From IMG/VR virus record IMGVR_UViG_3300030085_004590, positions 1 to 64,000 of that record: a stretch of DNA of 64,000 nt. One strand, written 5' to 3'. A program made the position numbers and the translations under genes. Numbering within the stretch: the stretch's first letter is position 1; every line of letters begins with the position of its first letter. Under the pieces are notes generated by a model, which did not search any database, had not been told where the DNA came from, and was given only the letters and a program-made list of their open reading frames with translations. This document shows, in pieces, positions 48,091 through 58,307 of the stretch. This DNA comes from a virus.

Positions 48091-49512
48091 ATGTCAAAAA
48101 TCGGTATCATAGTTCCGTACAGAAACCGAAGGACACACTTAAATCATTTTACTACTGCAATTAAACATCATTTTGATGATTCAAAACTTTCATATGAATT
48201 AATCATTGTTGAACAGGCAGATAAAAAATCATTCAATAGAGGTTCATTATTAAACATTGGTGTAATTAAAGCAAAAGAACTTAATTGTACTTATGTTGCA
48301 TTACACGATGTTGATATGTTACCTATTGATGTTGATTATTCTGAGGTGAGTGTTCCTACCCATCTTGCAACCAATTTTATTTCACATAAAGATAAAATGA
48401 AAAGGGTTGTATTTGATGAGTACTTCGGTGGAGTTACTTTATTTCCAATAGATGATTATTTCCATGTCAATGGATATTCAAACAAATATTGGGGATGGGG
48501 TTATGAAGATGATGATTTATTGTGGAGATGTAAAGAAAACTTTCTTGATTTTAACACAAAACAATTACCTACAAAGGCACATAGTAGTGCAGGTTTAGAG
48601 TTTAATGGTTACACTAGTCAAGTTAAAATACCAAAACCATTTAAGTTAAAAAATTATACTTTATTTTGTTCATTTAATCCAGCAGAGATAGAATGTAATG
48701 AAGGGTTTATGTTTGATGAATATAATATTTTATCAATACCAGGTATGGATACTGGTTTTACTTTTAACTCTTACAAAAGATATAAATTTGAAACTTGGAC
48801 GGCAGATAAAGAATGTATAAGTTTAAAATCAAATATCACTACACCAAAACAAACTACATTATGTGCATCAATAAACCAAGATGAACACATAATTAAATTT
48901 TATCAAGATGGTGAACTCGTAGATGAGGCAGAATATGAAGGTAGAGTACTCCATTATTTAAATGAAAAATTTATTTACCTTGGTGATTCACCATCTCTTC
49001 AATATAATCAAAGAAGGCCTTTTAGAGGTACGATTGATTATTTCGCATTATTTAATCATTCGTTAGAAGATGCACAAATAAAAGAAATTTCTGATAACAA
49101 AGGTATGGGATTAACTGAAGCATATGGTGATTATGTTGCACCACATACTTTAGAAATGTGTTATGATATGAAGAATGCAACTTATTCTGAAGTTTATGAT
49201 GTTACTCAAAGAAAAAGAACAGCAGAAGTTAAGGATTGTGGTAAGGTTCTAATAAATCAAGTAGATGATTTTATAGAAATACCCGTACCATATAGAAGAG
49301 AATCAACCTTTAAACTTTTGTATCATAAAGAAAATGGTTTTTATGAAAATAAATGGACATGGACAGAAACAAGAAAAAATCAACTTCACTTTTATAATAA
49401 AGTTTTAAAAGGAAAATCTGATTATAAAAGAGATGGTATAGATAATGTTAGATACGATTTATTATCCGATACAAAAATGGATGATTATCACTTTATATCA
49501 GTAGAACTATGA
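48091..49512 (+). CDS. GT7 beta-1,4-galactosyltransferase-like enzyme with inserted LamG domain
   Basis: IVPYRNR..HL, FNRG.L.N.G, HDVD, YFGGV and NGYSN.YWGWGYEDDD; LamG segment (F.G.ID....N..L). Confidence 0.85.
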   Translation: MSKIGIIVPYRNRRTHLNHFTTAIKHHFDDSKLSYELIIVEQADKKSFNRGSLLNIGVIKAKELNCTYVALHDVDMLPIDVDYSEVSVPTHLATNFISHKDKMKRVVFDEYFGGVTLFPIDDYFHVNGYSNKYWGWGYEDDDLLWRCKENFLDFNTKQLPTKAHSSAGLEFNGYTSQVKIPKPFKLKNYTLFCSFNPAEIECNEGFMFDEYNILSIPGMDTGFTFNSYKRYKFETWTADKECISLKSNITTPKQTTLCASINQDEHIIKFYQDGELVDEAEYEGRVLHYLNEKFIYLGDSPSLQYNQRRPFRGTIDYFALFNHSLEDAQIKEISDNKGMGLTEAYGDYVAPHTLEMCYDMKNATYSEVYDVTQRKRTAEVKDCGKVLINQVDDFIEIPVPYRRESTFKLLYHKENGFYENKWTWTETRKNQLHFYNKVLKGKSDYKRDGIDNVRYDLLSDTKMDDYHFISVEL

Positions 49513-49919
49513 TGCCAATGTATAAGACAGGAATAATTGCAGGTAACTTTGATGTACTACATCCAGGTTACATTAAAATGTTTGAAGAGTGTAAATCCTA
49601 TTGTGAAAATTTTATAATACTTTTACACACCGACCCATCAATTGAAAGACCAGAAAAATTAAAACCAATACTTTCGGTAGAAGAAAGAATGGAAATGTTA
49701 TATGCAATAAAATTCATTGATTTTATTCATATTTATACTTACGAAAATGAATTGGTGAAATTGTTAGAAGGAATACGACCAGATATAAGATTTTTGGGTG
49801 ATGATTATAGGGGAAGAACTTATACAGGTTTTGAGTTAAATATTCCAATTCACTATTTAAATAGAGACCATGGTTGGTCTACAACAAAATTTAAAAATCT
49901 AATTGCAAAGACAGTATGA
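49509..49919 (+). CDS. cytidylyltransferase (TagD-like)
   Basis: GNFDVLHPGY, GDDY and STT. Confidence 0.85.
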   Translation: MMPMYKTGIIAGNFDVLHPGYIKMFEECKSYCENFIILLHTDPSIERPEKLKPILSVEERMEMLYAIKFIDFIHIYTYENELVKLLEGIRPDIRFLGDDYRGRTYTGFELNIPIHYLNRDHGWSTTKFKNLIAKTV

Positions 49920-51385
49920 AGATAGGTGTTTGTGTTCCTTATAGAAATAGAGAAGCTCACTTAAAAGAGTTTATACCAACTGTTAGTAAATATTTGGAAT
50001 CACAAGGAATTGATTACCACATTTATTTTGGTCATCAAGTAGATGATAAATTGTTTAATAGAGGTGCTACAAAAAATGTAGCAGCAGAGTGGGCATTCAA
50101 AGAAGGATGTGATTACATTGTTTGGCATGATATCGATATGATACCCGAAGAAGGTTGTGATTATTCTTTTCCAAAAAAACATCCCATACATATTGCAACA
50201 AATATATCTCAAATGGATTACAAACTAAAGTATGAAGAATACTTTGGTGGAGCAGTTTTATTTTCAAAAGAACAAGTAGAGGCAACAAATGGATACTCAA
50301 ATGATTATTGGGATTGGGGAATGGAAGATGATGATTTATTTTGGAGATGTGTACTTGAAGGATATGCGAATGCATCTTATATGGATTATCCTACTGAAAA
50401 ACAAAGTTACTTAAATTTCAATGGTAAAAATTCATTTATAAAAATAGATAGAGATAAAAAATTAAGAAACATTACTTCTCGTTCTCATACAGTTTCAGTT
50501 TTAGTTCGTGCATATCAACAAGAAGATAAAGTAAACATTTGGTTAGTAGGTGATGAGGATAGAAGATTTTGTGAGTATCCAATAATTCGTAGACCAGGAT
50601 ATGATTGGGGATTGAGTTATAACAATTCAAGAGCATATACGGCCCAACTTTGGGATAATCAAAGAAATCATTTATATCAATGGATAAAAAGATATGAAGG
50701 ACAATGGACATGGGTTACTTTAAGTGTTGATACTGCAAATCAAAAAATTCATTTTTATTTAAATGGTAAAGAATCAGATGCAAGACACGGTCATGGTACA
50801 CAATCCCCTTTACATTATGAGAATAGATTAAAATCCTATGGATTAGATGATTGGTACATAGGAACAACTACTTCTGCACGAAAAACTGATATTAATCGTT
50901 GGTTAAAAGGAGATATAGGAAAAGTTTGTATGTGGAATAGAGTACTATCAGAAGAAGAAATAAAAAATATTCACAAAAATGTACCAGAAAAGAATTTAGT
51001 TTTACATTATGATTTTAATTCTGATTTACAAAAAAATTCTCCTTACACCGCAGTTGATTTAAGTGGAAACGAATTACATGGTAGTATTAGAAACTGCGAA
51101 TTACACGAAGGAGAAATAAAAATACCATATACAGTTTTACCACACAGAGTACCTGGAAGATTAAAATGTTTACCACACAAAGATGAAGGATTGGTAAAAG
51201 ATGAACATGGAAACGATAAGTGGGCAAAGGGAGAAACCACTGCAAGAAACGAAAGAAGATATGTTCTTCAAATGCAACAAGGTGAATGGGATTATAAATC
51301 AGATGGTATAAAACAATTAAAATATGAATTAGTTGGAGTTGAAGAGATTACTCCCAAAGCAAAACTAATAAATGTTAAATTTTGA
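49916..51385 (+). CDS. GT7 galactosyltransferase-like enzyme with inserted LamG domain, paralogue
   Basis: VPYRNR..HL, FNRG, HDID, YFGG and WDWGMEDDD; LamG (W..V......YLNG, WNR.LS..EI, DLSGN..HG). Confidence 0.85.
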   Translation: MKIGVCVPYRNREAHLKEFIPTVSKYLESQGIDYHIYFGHQVDDKLFNRGATKNVAAEWAFKEGCDYIVWHDIDMIPEEGCDYSFPKKHPIHIATNISQMDYKLKYEEYFGGAVLFSKEQVEATNGYSNDYWDWGMEDDDLFWRCVLEGYANASYMDYPTEKQSYLNFNGKNSFIKIDRDKKLRNITSRSHTVSVLVRAYQQEDKVNIWLVGDEDRRFCEYPIIRRPGYDWGLSYNNSRAYTAQLWDNQRNHLYQWIKRYEGQWTWVTLSVDTANQKIHFYLNGKESDARHGHGTQSPLHYENRLKSYGLDDWYIGTTTSARKTDINRWLKGDIGKVCMWNRVLSEEEIKNIHKNVPEKNLVLHYDFNSDLQKNSPYTAVDLSGNELHGSIRNCELHEGEIKIPYTVLPHRVPGRLKCLPHKDEGLVKDEHGNDKWAKGETTARNERRYVLQMQQGEWDYKSDGIKQLKYELVGVEEITPKAKLINVKF

Positions 51386-51409
51386 TATATATTAATATAA
51401 AGATATTCA

Positions 51410-52858
51410 ATGGCAGATTTAATAGCAAAACAAGAAGAGAAAAAAAGAAAAATTAACATTGATGATGATAGTCCATTTTATGTGGATATTAGAAAATCAT
51501 TAAATGACCAAGGACCTGGGTTTTGTTTAGCAAAGTGGACACAAGTTACAATGCATTTACAATTGGGTCATACTCATTCTTGTCACCACCCTAAAACACA
51601 TCAAGTTCCTTTAAGAGAATTAAAAAGAAATCCAACTGCTCTTCACAATACGATGTACAAGAAAAGAAGAAGAAAAGAGATGTTGGAAGGACAAAGACCA
51701 GATGAATGTGATTATTGTTGGAATGTAGAAGATAGTTCTAATAGATTTTCAGATAGAACTTTTAAATCTGCAGAGAACTGGTCGTATCCTTATATGGATG
51801 AAATCAAATCATTAGGTTGGAGAGATGATTATAATCCAAAGTATGTTGAAGTTTCATTTTCAAATGCATGTAATTTTAAATGTTCTTATTGTGGACCAGC
51901 ATTTTCAACAAAATGGATGGAAGAAGCTGAAAAATTTGGAGCATATCCAACAACAGATGGTTTTAATGATTTAACTTATTTAAAACAAGAAGGTAAAATG
52001 CCAATGCCAGTAACCCAAACAAATCCATATGTAGATGCGTTTTGGAGATGGTGGCCAGATTTATATAAAGATTTACACACTTTTAGAATTACTGGTGGTG
52101 AACCTTTAATGTCACAAGATACTTGGAAAGTTTTAGATTTTATTTTAGAACAAGAAAATCCAAATAGAGAATTGAATCTTGCAATAAACTCTAACTTAGG
52201 AGTACCTGATAAATTAATTGATAGATTTATAGAAAAGGTTGCGAGAATTTGTGATGAGGGAAGAGTAAAAGAATTTGTAATCTTTACTTCGGTTGATACT
52301 TGGGGTAAACAGGCAGAATATATTCGAAATGGTTTAGAGTTTAATAGATTTTGGGATAACTGTCATAAAGTTTTAGAAAAAATACCACAAGTTATATTAA
52401 CTTACATGGTAACTTACAATGCACTTTCAGTTCCAAACTATGATAAACTAATTAGAGGTGTTTATGATTTAAAAACCACTTATGGTTCGGATGATAGATA
52501 TTGGAACTCTGCAACATTCTTAGATACATCTTATTTAAGACACCCAACTCACCAAACAGTACAAGTTTTAGAACCACATTGGGCAGATAAAATTTATGCT
52601 GATGCACAATTAGTAGATTTCTTAGGAGTACCATTATTCGAAAAAGAATACATTGGATATTCGGATGTTGAAATTCAAAAATTAAAAAGAACTTTCGATT
52701 GGATGAAATCACCAGTGGCAGAAGAACAATTAAAAAAACAAAGATACAACTTTGGAAGATATTTCAGAGCACACGATGAGAGAAGAGGAACAGATTTCTG
52801 TGCTACTTTTCCAGAACTAGAAGAATTTTATAGAAAATGTTTAGAAATTAAGATATGA
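51410..52858 (+). CDS. radical SAM protein with N-terminal SPASM/twitch-like domain
   Basis: CNFKCSYC, GGEP; N-terminal FC..W, CH and C.YCW. Confidence 0.88.
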   Translation: MADLIAKQEEKKRKINIDDDSPFYVDIRKSLNDQGPGFCLAKWTQVTMHLQLGHTHSCHHPKTHQVPLRELKRNPTALHNTMYKKRRRKEMLEGQRPDECDYCWNVEDSSNRFSDRTFKSAENWSYPYMDEIKSLGWRDDYNPKYVEVSFSNACNFKCSYCGPAFSTKWMEEAEKFGAYPTTDGFNDLTYLKQEGKMPMPVTQTNPYVDAFWRWWPDLYKDLHTFRITGGEPLMSQDTWKVLDFILEQENPNRELNLAINSNLGVPDKLIDRFIEKVARICDEGRVKEFVIFTSVDTWGKQAEYIRNGLEFNRFWDNCHKVLEKIPQVILTYMVTYNALSVPNYDKLIRGVYDLKTTYGSDDRYWNSATFLDTSYLRHPTHQTVQVLEPHWADKIYADAQLVDFLGVPLFEKEYIGYSDVEIQKLKRTFDWMKSPVAEEQLKKQRYNFGRYFRAHDERRGTDFCATFPELEEFYRKCLEIKI

Positions 52859-53589
52859 TTCAATTAAAAGGTGATAATGCATATTTTATCCCTCCAAAAA
52901 ATCGTTATGGGTTATGTAAAAAGGAAACCTTTGATTTAACTGAAAAGGATTTCACAGTTTGTGTACGCGTAAAAATAGATTGGGATAAAATGGAAATTGG
53001 TACTCCAACCCACGAAGGGGGTATTGTTGCAAAGAACGGTAGACATTGTGGTTTAAGTGCTTTAAAAATAAATGAAGAACAATGTTATATCAAAGCACAA
53101 TTTTGGACATGGCAAACAAGAGAAGTTGGTGTAGAATTTCACGATACATGGATTGATGTAAATCAAAATAGTGATTGGATGACAGTTGCAATGATACATG
53201 ATAAAAAGAAAAAAGTTGTAACTTGTTATGTAGATGGAAAAGTAAGTAAAATTTCATATTCAGGTGAAATAATAGATTATAGAGATTCTTGGATTTGGGT
53301 TGGGTGTAATAACTCATTAGATAGTTGTGCACCTGAACACAGAGGATTCCTTCATGGAGAAATAAATCACTTATCAATTTTTGAAACTGCATTAAAAAAT
53401 GAAGAAGTAGAAAAAACATTTGAAATAAACTCACCAGATTCAGTTGATTTCGATAAAATACCAGCAGCAATATATTGTTTTAAAGAAGAATGGCAAACTC
53501 CATATAAAATCATGGATATTACTCATAATGGTAACTCGATGATTTTATTTGATAAAAAATGGATGGCAGAAGATAATAGTTTAATTTAA
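52855..53589 (+). CDS. stand-alone LamG/ConA-like domain protein
   Basis: DFTV, W..VA......YVDG and G.I..L.IF..AL...EV. Confidence 0.75.
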   Translation: MIQLKGDNAYFIPPKNRYGLCKKETFDLTEKDFTVCVRVKIDWDKMEIGTPTHEGGIVAKNGRHCGLSALKINEEQCYIKAQFWTWQTREVGVEFHDTWIDVNQNSDWMTVAMIHDKKKKVVTCYVDGKVSKISYSGEIIDYRDSWIWVGCNNSLDSCAPEHRGFLHGEINHLSIFETALKNEEVEKTFEINSPDSVDFDKIPAAIYCFKEEWQTPYKIMDITHNGNSMILFDKKWMAEDNSLI

Positions 53590-53594
53590 TTTAA

Positions 53595-55001
53595 ATGAAA
53601 AAACATATTCATTTTGTATATGATTTTCTATTTCCTAATGGACATTTAGATTTTGGATACAACATCAGTACCCTAAGAGATAATTTTTTATACCAAGTAG
53701 AAAATAATACTGAAGATAGAACTTTGTTACTATCGGCACCACATATTCCAGCTGTTTTAGAAAAACAATCAGGTATGTTTGCTGATGAATTTATTTCTAC
53801 TAATACACATTGGAATAAAATGTTAGTAACAGAAATACAAAATGTTTTAGATAGAAAAAATTATAATGAAAGTTTACATCATTTTGTAGTTTGTCTTGAA
53901 TCAACAAATGCAAGTAACTTTTTTGAATACTATTCAAATCCAAATGTAGATTTTGATAATTTATTTTCACCAAAACTTCTTAGATATTTAAAAAAAAGAA
54001 GAGAATTCAAAATTTTAATGATTGATAATAGAGAAGGTGCATATCCTCATGTACCAAAATTATTTGTAAAAGTAAAAGAATGGTTAGATAGACATAACAT
54101 TAAAGATAGAAACAAATTTATTATTTCTACTTGTAATGAAAATATTAAAAAAATAAAAATTGATGATTCAAGAATTAAAGTTTTTAATAATAATTATTAT
54201 CTATATTCAGCTGGCAAATACATTAAACAATGTGAAGAAAGAAATAATCAAATTACTGAAGGACATAATGATTATGAATTTTCGTTACAACAAGAATTAA
54301 AGTTTGATATAAAAGAAAAATATTTTTTAAATTATAACAGAAACTCTGGTAGATATCATAGACCTTTTTTAGTACATAAACTTTTCTTAAATAATCTTTA
54401 TGATAAGGGATTTATTTCACTATTTCAGACAGATGATTTTGATAACCAACTAAGTAGAAACCATGCTGATGAAAAACTAAATATCTATCCAAAAACTATA
54501 AAAAAATGGAAGGAAACATTATCTCAATGGTATCCATCAATAATAGATTCTGATAAAGGTGATGAAGTTGCAATGTTTCATAATTATTTAAGTAGAAAAG
54601 ATGAATATGAAAAAAGTTATTTTTCAATTGTTTCTGAAACAAATGCTGAAACAAAATATTTATTTGTAACAGAAAAAACTTTAAAACCAATAATGAATCT
54701 ACATCCATTTTTGGTGAATGGAAATCCATATACTTTAAAACATCTTAAAAGTTTAGGATTTCAAACCTTTGGTAAATGGTGGGATGAAAGTTATGATTCT
54801 GAAGAGAATTTCGAAAAAAGGACAGAGATGTTAATAGAACAAGTAAAGTTGCTTTGTTCTAAAACAAAAGAAGAGTGGGTTGAAATTTTACAAGAAATGG
54901 AACCTTTACTCAAGTATAATCAAAGTTTACTAAAACAAAAATGGATGAGTAAACAATATGAAAAAAATTTAGTAGATATCTTAGATACTTCTTTAATTTA
55001 A
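53595..55001 (+). CDS. putative glycosyltransferase (GT10-like motif), paralogue 2
   Basis: FL.YNR..R.HR, SYFSIVSET, FVTEKTLKP, HPF..G and GF.TF..WDESYD. Confidence 0.5.
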   Translation: MKKHIHFVYDFLFPNGHLDFGYNISTLRDNFLYQVENNTEDRTLLLSAPHIPAVLEKQSGMFADEFISTNTHWNKMLVTEIQNVLDRKNYNESLHHFVVCLESTNASNFFEYYSNPNVDFDNLFSPKLLRYLKKRREFKILMIDNREGAYPHVPKLFVKVKEWLDRHNIKDRNKFIISTCNENIKKIKIDDSRIKVFNNNYYLYSAGKYIKQCEERNNQITEGHNDYEFSLQQELKFDIKEKYFLNYNRNSGRYHRPFLVHKLFLNNLYDKGFISLFQTDDFDNQLSRNHADEKLNIYPKTIKKWKETLSQWYPSIIDSDKGDEVAMFHNYLSRKDEYEKSYFSIVSETNAETKYLFVTEKTLKPIMNLHPFLVNGNPYTLKHLKSLGFQTFGKWWDESYDSEENFEKRTEMLIEQVKLLCSKTKEEWVEILQEMEPLLKYNQSLLKQKWMSKQYEKNLVDILDTSLI

Positions 55002-55006
55002 AAGTT

Positions 55007-55972
55007 ATGAAAATATTAATTACAGGTGGTTCGGGTTACTTAGGTTCAGTTATTACAGAAAAATTACTGAATGAAAATTATCAAGTAACTATTTTAGATA
55101 ATTTGATGTATAATCAAACATCATCAATTATTTTTTCACACAATCCTAATTTTAATTTTATATATGGAGATGTTAGGGATAAAACATTACTAAAATCAAT
55201 AGTAAATGATTTTGATGTTATTATTCCTCTTGCTGCAATAGTAGGATTTCCAGCATGTGATAAAGATAAGGATTTAGCAACCGCAGTAAATTACGAGCAC
55301 GTCCGCTATATTTGTGAATTGATAAAAAATTCTGATATAAGAATAGTTTATCCAAATACAAATAGTGGATATGGGATAGGAGAGGATGGTGAGTGTACTG
55401 AAGAAAGTCCACTCAATCCAATTTCACATTATGGTGTTACCAAAGTCAAAGCAGAGAGTGAGGTTTTGAATATTGGGGGAATATCTGTAAGATTGGCAAC
55501 AGTATTTGGTTCATCACCAAGAATGAGAATGGATTTATTAGTAAATGAATTTGTATATAAGGCATTGACTGATAAGTACATAACGATATTTGAAAAAAAC
55601 TTTGTAAGAAACTACATTCACATCAGAGATGTTGCAAATGTATTTTTATTTATGATTCAAAACTACCAAGAACATAGTGGAGAGGTGTTCAATGTAGGTT
55701 TATCAGATGCTAATCTAACAAAACAACAATTAGTTGAAAAAATAAAAGATTATGTACCAGATTTTGCAATCACATATTCAGATTATTATGAGGACCCAGA
55801 TAAAAGAGATTATATAGTATCAAATAAAAAAATTGAATCAACTGGTTGGAATCCACAATATACATTGGATTCTGGTATTGAAGAATTAATTAAAACATAT
55901 ACCATTCTTATACAAGATTTAAGTTCTAAATATAGAAATGGTTTTCCATTAGGTTATGGCAAAAGGACGTAG
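55007..55972 (+). CDS. NAD-dependent NDP-sugar epimerase/dehydratase
   Basis: TGGSGYLGS, LAAIVG.P.C, YGVTK and RLATVFG.SPRMR.DL. Confidence 0.9.
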   Translation: MKILITGGSGYLGSVITEKLLNENYQVTILDNLMYNQTSSIIFSHNPNFNFIYGDVRDKTLLKSIVNDFDVIIPLAAIVGFPACDKDKDLATAVNYEHVRYICELIKNSDIRIVYPNTNSGYGIGEDGECTEESPLNPISHYGVTKVKAESEVLNIGGISVRLATVFGSSPRMRMDLLVNEFVYKALTDKYITIFEKNFVRNYIHIRDVANVFLFMIQNYQEHSGEVFNVGLSDANLTKQQLVEKIKDYVPDFAITYSDYYEDPDKRDYIVSNKKIESTGWNPQYTLDSGIEELIKTYTILIQDLSSKYRNGFPLGYGKRT

Positions 55973-56540
55973 TATATTTTATAAAGAAAGAGATTGGGAT
56001 GATTTTCATTTCTATCATGGTTCTAAATTAAATGAAGTAAAGGTTATACAACCATCGGTTTATTATGAACAAAGAGGTTCTATATCTACAACTTATCATT
56101 CAGATTATTACGATAGAATCTTGCCTGCTGAGGAAAGGACTAAGGGATTAAAATTTAAACATGATAGATTTTCTAAATCTAAACAAAATGTACTCAGAGG
56201 ATTACACTATGATGATAAAACATGGAAGTTAGTAAGTTGTTTGCATGGTAAAATTTATTTAGTAGTTTTAGATTTAAGACCAAAACAAAAAAACTTTGGA
56301 AAATGGGAATCTTTTATACTCTCACCAGAAACAACAACACAAGTATTGATACCACCTATGTTTGCCAATGGACATTATGTCTTTGAAGATGATTCAATCT
56401 TTCATTATAAGATGGCATATCATGGTGAATACAATGATGAAAACAAACAACAAACAATAAAATGGGATGATACGAAGTATGAAATAGAATGGCCTTGTAC
56501 AAATCCTATATTATCAAAAAGAGATGCAAATGGAAATTAA
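55956..56540 (+). CDS. RmlC-family 3,5-epimerase (second copy)
   Basis: RGLHY, KLV.C..G, D.R, IPP.FANGH and PILS.RD. Confidence 0.85.
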   Translation: MAKGRSIFYKERDWDDFHFYHGSKLNEVKVIQPSVYYEQRGSISTTYHSDYYDRILPAEERTKGLKFKHDRFSKSKQNVLRGLHYDDKTWKLVSCLHGKIYLVVLDLRPKQKNFGKWESFILSPETTTQVLIPPMFANGHYVFEDDSIFHYKMAYHGEYNDENKQQTIKWDDTKYEIEWPCTNPILSKRDANGN

Positions 56541-57168
56541 AAATTTACAAAATCACGAGGATAGATGGATAGATGGAAATTTTTCTAAGGAAGATTTAAT
56601 AGCTTTTGAAGATGATGTCATAAAACATTGGGAAAATGGAGAAATCACAGGTCCTATACATCTTTCACATGGCAATGAAGAACAATTAATCGAAATATTT
56701 AAAAAAGTAGGAGTTGAAGATTGGGTATTTTCAACTTGGAGGTCACACTATCATGCACTTTTACATGGAGTAGACCCAAAGTATTTGAAACAAAAAATTT
56801 TAGAAGGTAAATCAATAACTATCATAGATAAATCATCTAATTTTTATTCTTCTGCAATCGTAACTGGTATTTTACCAATTGCATTGGGAGTTGCAAAGGG
56901 TTTAAAAGAAAGAGGAAGTGATGAAAAGGTTTGGTGTTTCATTGGTGATATGACTTTTGAAACTGGTATCTTTTATGAAGTACACAAATACGCAAGAAAC
57001 TTTGATTTACCACTTTATTTTGTAGTAGAAGATAATGAGGTATCAACAAATACACCAACTGGTCATACTTGGAATAATATTCAAAGAGAAATACCAGAAG
57101 ATGTAATCTATTACAAGTATAAATCTAAATATCCACATTACGGTACTGGCAAATGGGTAGTATTTTAA
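56524..57168 (+). CDS. TPP-dependent dehydrogenase E1 alpha-like subunit
   Basis: G..HLS.GNE, T.RSH.H, SAIV, GD......G..E and VVEDN. Confidence 0.88.
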   Translation: MQMEIKNLQNHEDRWIDGNFSKEDLIAFEDDVIKHWENGEITGPIHLSHGNEEQLIEIFKKVGVEDWVFSTWRSHYHALLHGVDPKYLKQKILEGKSITIIDKSSNFYSSAIVTGILPIALGVAKGLKERGSDEKVWCFIGDMTFETGIFYEVHKYARNFDLPLYFVVEDNEVSTNTPTGHTWNNIQREIPEDVIYYKYKSKYPHYGTGKWVVF

Positions 57169-58307
57169 AATTTATATTTTTATTTGATGAAGAATATCCA
57201 TCATGGTCTTTTCGAGGACCATTTACTGATTATATTCAAAACAATTTTGAGTATAGTTTTATAGATGATATAGATAAATCAAAAAATAATATTTTAATCA
57301 TTGAAGGAACTGAATGTTTTAAAGGACCACACAGAGTTTTTAAAAAAGAACTCTATGATTTAATTAAAGAAAATAATTTAAAGGTAATTTTTGCATCAAT
57401 TGCTGACCCATGTACTTGGTCTGATAAGATTAACTTTATGAATGATATAAATTCATACGGTCTGAAAGATAAAGTTTATTATGTGGATACTTGTGTAAAT
57501 CATTCTGAAGATTACAATACTTTTTGTTATCATCATTTTTTAGAAGAACCTGGTATTCATATGAAAAAGTGGGGAGATTTTAAATTTTTTGAAGAAAATG
57601 AATTAGGATATAAAAGTGAAGATATAACACTTGAAGAATTAGATATTTTTAGAAATAAAAAGTTTTTATCATTTAATAGAACAGTTGATAAAGATAATAG
57701 AATGAGTTTATTTCACACTTATCTTGAAAATGATTTTTCAGATTCTTATTTTAGTTTTCTTAATTTTTGTGCATCAGATGGTTCAGTACCATTTTTTACA
57801 AAAAGTAAAAAATTATCAATCGATGAATATAAAAGTAAACTCCCAATTGAGTTAGATACTAAAAATAGTGGAGTTAATTTACAAAGTTTTAAAACAAGTA
57901 ATACTTTTAAAAAAGATTTATTTTTAAATTCATGTATTAACATTGTTACTGAAACATCGTTTCAATGTAATGGATTATTTTTATCAGAAAAAATAATAAA
58001 ACCAATTGTATGTTACCAACCCTTCATAGTTGTAGGACCTTATAATTACTTAAAAGAATTACGAAGTTTGGGATACAAAACTTTCTCTGATTTTTGGGAT
58101 GAAAGTTATGATGAAATAGAAAATGGTGAAGATAGATATTTTGCAATTGAAAAATTAATTTTAGAATTAAATAGTAAAAGTATTAATGAATTAAATGAAA
58201 TTTATCAAAAAACTAAAAATATATGTATATATAATAGAGAGGTATTTAATAACTTCAAGGAAGATTCCATTCCTAACATAATAAAACAAATAGAAAATGA
58301 ATGGTAA
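57153..58307 (+). CDS. putative glycosyltransferase (GT10-like motif), paralogue 3
   Basis: FLSFNR, INIVTET, FLSEKIIKP, QPF..G and GY.TF..FWDESYD. Confidence 0.5.
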   Translation: MGSILKFIFLFDEEYPSWSFRGPFTDYIQNNFEYSFIDDIDKSKNNILIIEGTECFKGPHRVFKKELYDLIKENNLKVIFASIADPCTWSDKINFMNDINSYGLKDKVYYVDTCVNHSEDYNTFCYHHFLEEPGIHMKKWGDFKFFEENELGYKSEDITLEELDIFRNKKFLSFNRTVDKDNRMSLFHTYLENDFSDSYFSFLNFCASDGSVPFFTKSKKLSIDEYKSKLPIELDTKNSGVNLQSFKTSNTFKKDLFLNSCINIVTETSFQCNGLFLSEKIIKPIVCYQPFIVVGPYNYLKELRSLGYKTFSDFWDESYDEIENGEDRYFAIEKLILELNSKSINELNEIYQKTKNICIYNREVFNNFKEDSIPNIIKQIENEW

